DNA from: Candidatus Aenigmatarchaeota archaeon
Lineage (GTDB): Archaea; Aenigmatarchaeota; Aenigmatarchaeia; Aenigmatarchaeales; Aenigmatarchaeaceae
Length of the DNA stretch: 64,000 nucleotides
Reading direction: 5' to 3'
Assembly: GCA_043802485.1 (NCBI GenBank)
Contig: JAZDKZ010000007.1
Location: 32,001 to 96,000, forward strand
A program made the position numbers and the translations under genes. The notes below the pieces were generated by a model that did not search any database, was not told the origin of the DNA, and saw only the letters and a program-made list of their open reading frames with translations. This document shows positions 59,081 through 64,000 of the stretch, piece by piece. The first letter of the stretch is position 1. Every line of letters starts with the position of its first letter.

Positions 59081-59698
59081 TTACATCCAGTCTTCTTCCC
59101 ATTCTTCCATTCTGTCTTCATCAATGACAGGCGTTTTTCTTCTTTTGATTATGTGCTCTCCGTACTTTTCTCTCAGCTTTAGACCCACAATCAGACCGAA
59201 TGCGAGTCCAAAAAGGTGAGCAGCATTTGCAACACCTGACGGAGCGAAAAACCCGATTATATCACCAATGGCCCAAAGGACAACAGCAACAGCCATAGGC
59301 ATAGGAATATATGAAACGTATACAGTCATTCTTGATCTCAAAACACCAAGTGCTCCCAGAACACCAAATATTGCTCCCGAAGCTCCTATTGATGCAGCAT
59401 AGAAAGGAATAGTTCCCAGTCCGGCTATTACTCCTGAGACAAAGTATAGAATTAGGAATTTCTTTCCGCCTATCACCTTCTCAAGCACCGAACCGAACAG
59501 ACCTAGCGCAAACATGTTGTAGAAAAGGTGCTCAAAACCTCCGTGAAGGAACATACTTGTTATTAATGTCCATGGTCTTGCGAAAACGTCAGCAGAGACA
59601 AGAGCATATTCATCTGTTATTGATGGGTAAGCAAGCTGGAAGATGAAGACGATTACACAAATCGCTACCAGTTGAAAGGCAAACCATCTGTATTTCAT
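59081..59698 (-). CDS. rhomboid intramembrane serine protease
   Basis: PWTLITSMFLH, HLFYNM, GASGA, AHLFG. Confidence 0.93.
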   Translation of the reverse strand: MKYRWFAFQLVAICVIVFIFQLAYPSITDEYALVSADVFARPWTLITSMFLHGGFEHLFYNMFALGLFGSVLEKVIGGKKFLILYFVSGVIAGLGTIPFYAASIGASGAIFGVLGALGVLRSRMTVYVSYIPMPMAVAVVLWAIGDIIGFFAPSGVANAAHLFGLAFGLIVGLKLREKYGEHIIKRRKTPVIDEDRMEEWEEDWM

Positions 59699-59703
59699 AA
59701 AAA

Positions 59704-61173
59704 TTATTCTATTTTATTAGAAATGAACTTTTCCAGATCATCTATTTTAACCCTTTGCTGCTCTGTGGTGTCCCTGTCCCTGACTGTAACGGTGCTGTCA
59801 TCCATAGTGTCATAGTCGATGGTGACGCAGAACGGCGTTCCTATCTCGTCTGCCCTGGCATATCTCCTGCCTATCGAGCCAGACGGATCGAAGAAAACGT
59901 CGAAACTCTTCTTTAACATTTCAGAAACTTCCCTTGACTTTTCCTGCAAGCCGTCCTTCTTCACCAACGGGAATACACAAACAGTGTAAGGAGCTATCCT
60001 TGCAGGGAACTTGAACCAGTCCCATCCTCTTTCCTTATCCTCTACAAAACAATTCAAAAGTATTCCATAAATTGTTCTCTCAAGACCAAAACTCGGCTCT
60101 ATAACATGCGGTAGAACCTTCTCATTGTCGTCCATTATGGTCATGTCCTTTCCCGAGCTTTGTGAATGGTTCTTCAAATCATAATCAGTCCTGTAAGCAT
60201 TACCAACAGTCTCCTTCCAGCCAATGTCAAGCTTTATCTCCAAGTCAAAGTTGCCTTTCGAATAATGCGGGGTTTCCTCCGGCGTCATGTGCCTGTGTCT
60301 CAATGCTTCGAAAGGTATTCCCAATTTCTGGTAGAATATCATCTGCTTTGCCATAAAGTAAGCCATCCACTTGTTCGGAACGATTCCTTTGTCTACAGCT
60401 TCAGCGGCCGTCATCTCTTCTATGTCACCTTTTTTCTTCTGCGCTTCCTGTGTCATCATCCTCAGCTTTTCTTTAGAAACTTTACCAAATTTGGAACAGT
60501 CGTTCATTTTTTTTGGATTGATGAACATCTCTATCTCCATCTGGTTAAACTCTCTAACGCGAATAATCCACTGCCTGGGTGATATCTCGTTCCTGTAAGA
60601 AGTTCCCATCTGGGCAATGCCAAAAGGCAGCTTGGATCTGGCAGACCTAGCAATGAAGCTGAAATTAGTAAATATTCCCTGCGCTGTCTCCGGCCTTAGG
60701 TAAGCAATGTTGCCTTCCACCGGGCCGACGGTTGTCTTGAGCATTAGGTTGAATACTTTGGCATCATCCAGCTCTCCCTTGCACTTGGGGCATCTGACAT
60801 TGTTCTCCTTGATGACCTTTGTCAATTCTTCCGTAATCATGCCCTCGACGAACTTTCCTGTCTTTTCCTCTATAAGGGTGTCCGTCCTGAACATGCCCTT
60901 GCATTTTTTACATTGCGTCAGAGGATCAACAAAACTGTCCAGATGTCCCGATGCCCTGAACACAGACTCTGGAGCTATTGTTGTGGACTTTATCTCAATT
61001 ATGTCGTCCTGCTTCAGGAAGAACTCTCTCCAGAAATTTTCTATCTTCGTCTTCAGCTTGAAACCAAGATGACCGAAATCGTAGAATCCTGAAAGGCCTC
61101 CGTATATCTCTGCCGACGGATAGATGAATCCTCGCATCTTTGCTATCTGCTCTATCTTTTCTATGTTGGCCAT
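59704..61173 (-). CDS. glyS: glycyl-tRNA synthetase (alpha2 type)
   Basis: YLRPETAQG, RNEISPR, REFNQME, HVIEPSFG, IGRRYARADEIG. Confidence 0.96.
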   Translation of the reverse strand: MANIEKIEQIAKMRGFIYPSAEIYGGLSGFYDFGHLGFKLKTKIENFWREFFLKQDDIIEIKSTTIAPESVFRASGHLDSFVDPLTQCKKCKGMFRTDTLIEEKTGKFVEGMITEELTKVIKENNVRCPKCKGELDDAKVFNLMLKTTVGPVEGNIAYLRPETAQGIFTNFSFIARSARSKLPFGIAQMGTSYRNEISPRQWIIRVREFNQMEIEMFINPKKMNDCSKFGKVSKEKLRMMTQEAQKKKGDIEEMTAAEAVDKGIVPNKWMAYFMAKQMIFYQKLGIPFEALRHRHMTPEETPHYSKGNFDLEIKLDIGWKETVGNAYRTDYDLKNHSQSSGKDMTIMDDNEKVLPHVIEPSFGLERTIYGILLNCFVEDKERGWDWFKFPARIAPYTVCVFPLVKKDGLQEKSREVSEMLKKSFDVFFDPSGSIGRRYARADEIGTPFCVTIDYDTMDDSTVTVRDRDTTEQQRVKIDDLEKFISNKIE

Positions 61174-61223
61174 ACAAATCATTAGTTATTTTGATTTATA
61201 TCTATATTTAGAAAAAGTATTTA

Positions 61224-61817
61224 TTATTCTTCCATGAACAGCCTGATGCCTATACAGTCGCTAGAAAGGGGCGGCGTCATGTAAGCAGCATATACCTTGC
61301 TATCCTTGTCGAAAGAATAGCCTCTGACGATAGCGGCCCTGTCGTGCTGATCCCTGTTTATTCCCAACCAGTGCATGTTCCCGTTATTCCTCTGCGGCAG
61401 GGAATTAAGAATCCTCAAAGGGCCTTGAAAGTCATACTCTCTCTTGTTGTCAACTTTCCTCACTTCAGGATTAGTCATAAGAAAGCTGCCGTCAAGATAT
61501 TCAGCCTTCCATTCGAAAGGGAACGACAGGGCGATTCGCCTGAATTTGTCATCTAAATTCCTAAAAGCCATGTAATCCTCTCTAAGCGTCGGCAGTCTTA
61601 TCTTGGTTCCGTTATTACTCAATTTCTTTGTTAACAGTTGGGCTTCGGCATAGTTGAGACATGTGACAGCAAACCCGTCGAAATACCTTAATTTATCCGG
61701 CGCTATCCTGCCATCAAGTCCGTCCACCTTTAGGAACTTATCAAAATCCAGCGGCTCAAGCTTTGAAATTGTCTTTTCAATCTTGCTCTTCCTGAAGAAC
61801 ATGATAATAGTAATCAT
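61224..61817 (-). CDS. hypothetical protein (start possibly 61802)
   Basis: 197-aa ORF between glyS and the MFS gene. Confidence 0.65.
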   Translation of the reverse strand: MITIIMFFRKSKIEKTISKLEPLDFDKFLKVDGLDGRIAPDKLRYFDGFAVTCLNYAEAQLLTKKLSNNGTKIRLPTLREDYMAFRNLDDKFRRIALSFPFEWKAEYLDGSFLMTNPEVRKVDNKREYDFQGPLRILNSLPQRNNGNMHWLGINRDQHDRAAIVRGYSFDKDSKVYAAYMTPPLSSDCIGIRLFMEE

Positions 61818-61833
61818 GACAGAAGCATCTAGA

Positions 61834-63003
61834 TTATTTCCTACTTGGGGTGGTCAAAAGGGAAATAACTGAAAAGGCAATCACTATCAAACCGAAAGTT
61901 ACAAAGCCCCAAGTAAGGTCCCCTACCTGGGAAACCAAACCGAAAACAGCTATCAGGCCTATGGCCAATCCCTCTGACAGGAAGGACTTTATCGACATTA
62001 TAGTGGCTCTCTGGTGCGTCCTGATCTCTCTCTGAAGCTTGGCATCGGAGAAAACCAGACCAACAGAAGTGAAGAAGAATGCCAGAATGAAGAAAGGCAT
62101 GAGCAGTAGTGTCTTGAAAGAAACTGATATGATAAGGAAGATTCCTGAAAGCGATGACAGGATGTAGATGAAGTCGACATTATCAAAGCGCTTCTTGAAC
62201 TTGTAGGCAAACCTGCTGCCTATAGCATCGACAGCTATTATTGTCACGGCAGCAACACCGAAGAAGGAGACAGGTATATCCAGCCAGCTGAAATAAAGCT
62301 GCTCATACTCGTTAAGGGTTCCTATGAAAGAAAACACAACAACAGAATAGAACACCATCCTCATCAAAGTTCTGTTGTTTAAGGATGCCTTCACTGCTCT
62401 CTTTATCAGTTGGAAATATTTCAGCTCCTCGCTAGGCGTCTTCTTTGCCCTTATCTCCCTGAACGAAAGCACAGGCACTATCGCAGCCAGCATCATCAAT
62501 GAAGAAAGTATCAGCACCAGATCAAAGCTGTAGGAAGCAATGAAACCTCCTAAAAGTACAGAAGTTCCTATAGCCAAGTTAGAATAAAACCTTGCCCGAC
62601 CAATAACCTTTTCGTATGAGCCGGTCTTTCTGAATATCCTGAGGTTGTCGAAAAGTAGGGCCTCTTGAGTACCTGAATAAAACGCACTGCCCAAGCCCCA
62701 GCAAACAAAGCCTAAAGCGAACATAACGAAATTGTTGGCAAAAATCCAGATGCCGAAACCAACAGCCTTTGATATCAAACCTAGGATGAGCATATACTTC
62801 CTGTTCCATTTGTCCGCAAGCGCTCCGGACGGAACCTCGAAAACAAGGGTGAAACCGCTCCATATAGCAAGCAGCATGGATATGTCCATCAGGGTCAGGC
62901 CTGCCATCTTGAAAAGCAGGACATAGACTGCATAGATGAAGGCAAACTCCTTGAGAAACCTGTAAGCATAATAGTTCCTGATAAATTTCTTGTATTTGGG
63001 CAT
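61834..63003 (-). CDS. MFS transporter
   Basis: FEVPSGALADKWNRK, SGTQEALLFD, RATIMS; about 12 TM. Confidence 0.9.
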   Translation of the reverse strand: MPKYKKFIRNYYAYRFLKEFAFIYAVYVLLFKMAGLTLMDISMLLAIWSGFTLVFEVPSGALADKWNRKYMLILGLISKAVGFGIWIFANNFVMFALGFVCWGLGSAFYSGTQEALLFDNLRIFRKTGSYEKVIGRARFYSNLAIGTSVLLGGFIASYSFDLVLILSSLMMLAAIVPVLSFREIRAKKTPSEELKYFQLIKRAVKASLNNRTLMRMVFYSVVVFSFIGTLNEYEQLYFSWLDIPVSFFGVAAVTIIAVDAIGSRFAYKFKKRFDNVDFIYILSSLSGIFLIISVSFKTLLLMPFFILAFFFTSVGLVFSDAKLQREIRTHQRATIMSIKSFLSEGLAIGLIAVFGLVSQVGDLTWGFVTFGLIVIAFSVISLLTTPSRK

Positions 63004-63083
63004 ATAGCTAGAAGTTGGAATTTCTGGCTTAAATCAATATCATAGTGGTAAAACATTAAATAAAATATAGACGAATATCTATT

Positions 63084-63893
63084 ATGAGCCTTTTTGTCAA
63101 TCCTTCAGTTCTAGAGCAAACATTCCTGCCAAAGCTTCTTCCCTTTAGGGAGGGGCAGCACAAGTACCTGGCAGAGTGCATCAAGCCCTTGTTCGAGAGG
63201 AGGAGCGGCAGCAACCTGATGATATCAGGCCCTTCTGGCATAGGCAAGACTGCTTGTACAAAATACATACTAAGGGAACTACTGGAAGAGACGGACAACA
63301 TAATGCCGATATACATCAACTGCTGGAAGCGTGATACAAGTCCAAAAATAATAAACGAGATAGCCAAGAAGATGGACATCAAGCTCATCGAAAAGACTTC
63401 ATCAGACGAAATATTCGACAGGATAATAGAAAAGCTCAGCAAGTATGATGGCGTGGTGTTCGCCTTCGACGAGCTGGACAAGGTAAAGGACTTTGACTTT
63501 CTCTACAGGATACTGGAAGACGTCCCCTACAAGACCATGTTCCTGATAACCAACATAAAAGACATTGTCACAAAGATGGACAGCCGACTGCTCTCGAGGA
63601 TGCTCCTGGAGAAAGTTGAGTTCAAACCGTACAACTTTGAGGAGACACGCCAGATACTGTTTGAAAGGCAGAAGTACGCCTTCTCTCCAGATTCTTGGGA
63701 CTATGACGCTTCTGAAATTATAATGAGAAAGGCCTACGAGGCAAAGGATATCAGGACAGGACTGTTCCTGATGAAGACCGCCGGCGAGCTGGCTAACAAA
63801 GAGAACGCACCCAAGATAGTCATGAAACATGTTGACAAGGCGATGGAGAAGATTGACGACGTCGGCAAGTCCAAGCTCGGCAACTTTATCTAG
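63084..63893 (+). CDS. Cdc6/Orc1-like AAA+ ATPase lacking the winged-helix domain
   Basis: LPFRE, GPSGIGKT, YINC, FDELD, RLLSR, FKPY, DIR. Confidence 0.85.
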   Translation: MSLFVNPSVLEQTFLPKLLPFREGQHKYLAECIKPLFERRSGSNLMISGPSGIGKTACTKYILRELLEETDNIMPIYINCWKRDTSPKIINEIAKKMDIKLIEKTSSDEIFDRIIEKLSKYDGVVFAFDELDKVKDFDFLYRILEDVPYKTMFLITNIKDIVTKMDSRLLSRMLLEKVEFKPYNFEETRQILFERQKYAFSPDSWDYDASEIIMRKAYEAKDIRTGLFLMKTAGELANKENAPKIVMKHVDKAMEKIDDVGKSKLGNFI

Positions 63894-63949
63894 TCTTCAA
63901 AATTCAAGCTTAAATCTTTAATGTTTCTATTATTTAACAGCGTGTTGTT

Positions 63950-64000
63950 ATGGCACTAAAAGTTGACAAAAAATTTTCTTATTTGACTGACTTGACAGAC
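63950..64000 (+). CDS. start of ORF running off right edge
   Basis: MALKVDKKFSYLTDLTD... Confidence 0.4.
   Translation, partial: MALKVDKKFSYLTDLTD

Noticed and set aside
61740..61802. Shared N-terminal FRKxK...EP motif with the 33688-34932 protein as an export signal
   Set aside because: Too short and low-complexity to support
63004..63083. Replication origin next to the cdc6-like gene
   Set aside because: Short gap with only an imperfect inverted repeat and no ORB consensus
1..64000. CRISPR array, rRNA, transposase or integrase
   Set aside because: No regularly spaced repeats, rRNA-like tracts or recombinase motifs seen

Overview
Archaeal chromosome segment, by inference a DPANN lineage and most likely Aenigmatarchaeota-like (thermosome, TopoVI, carS, S-layer, EndA, BHB-type tRNA introns, many orphans). 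Left to right: a glycogen/sugar-phosphate cluster, lipid and envelope genes, an S-layer gene with an adjacent membrane-anchored HTH regulator, two tRNA-anchored single-gene islets ending in tRNA-like 3' fragments, an EndoQ-family gene with a LAGLIDADG intein, and an 8.7-kb uncharacterised cluster (four paralogous lipoproteins, a polytopic membrane protein with the same domain, and a low-GC protein with a possible Cys/His papain-like cassette). Then come pelota, pdaD, three tRNAs carrying five introns, MscS/MscL, thermosome, a type IV pilus locus, NMD3/aIF-1A/KH/TopoVI, pyrG, EndA, a CBS-HPF protein, GlyRS, an MFS transporter and a short Cdc6. Eight tRNAs were found, with eight introns in total, four of them non-canonical (23/24, 38/39, 42/43, 53/54), and one tRNA is Ile(UAU). 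The strongest candidates for novelty are (i) an atypical single-unit EndA (catalytic Lys replaced by Ser, Lys-rich loop insertion) together with relaxed and non-canonical introns, and (ii) the lipoprotein/membrane/effector-like cluster. All family calls come from motif recognition by eye; no searches were run.
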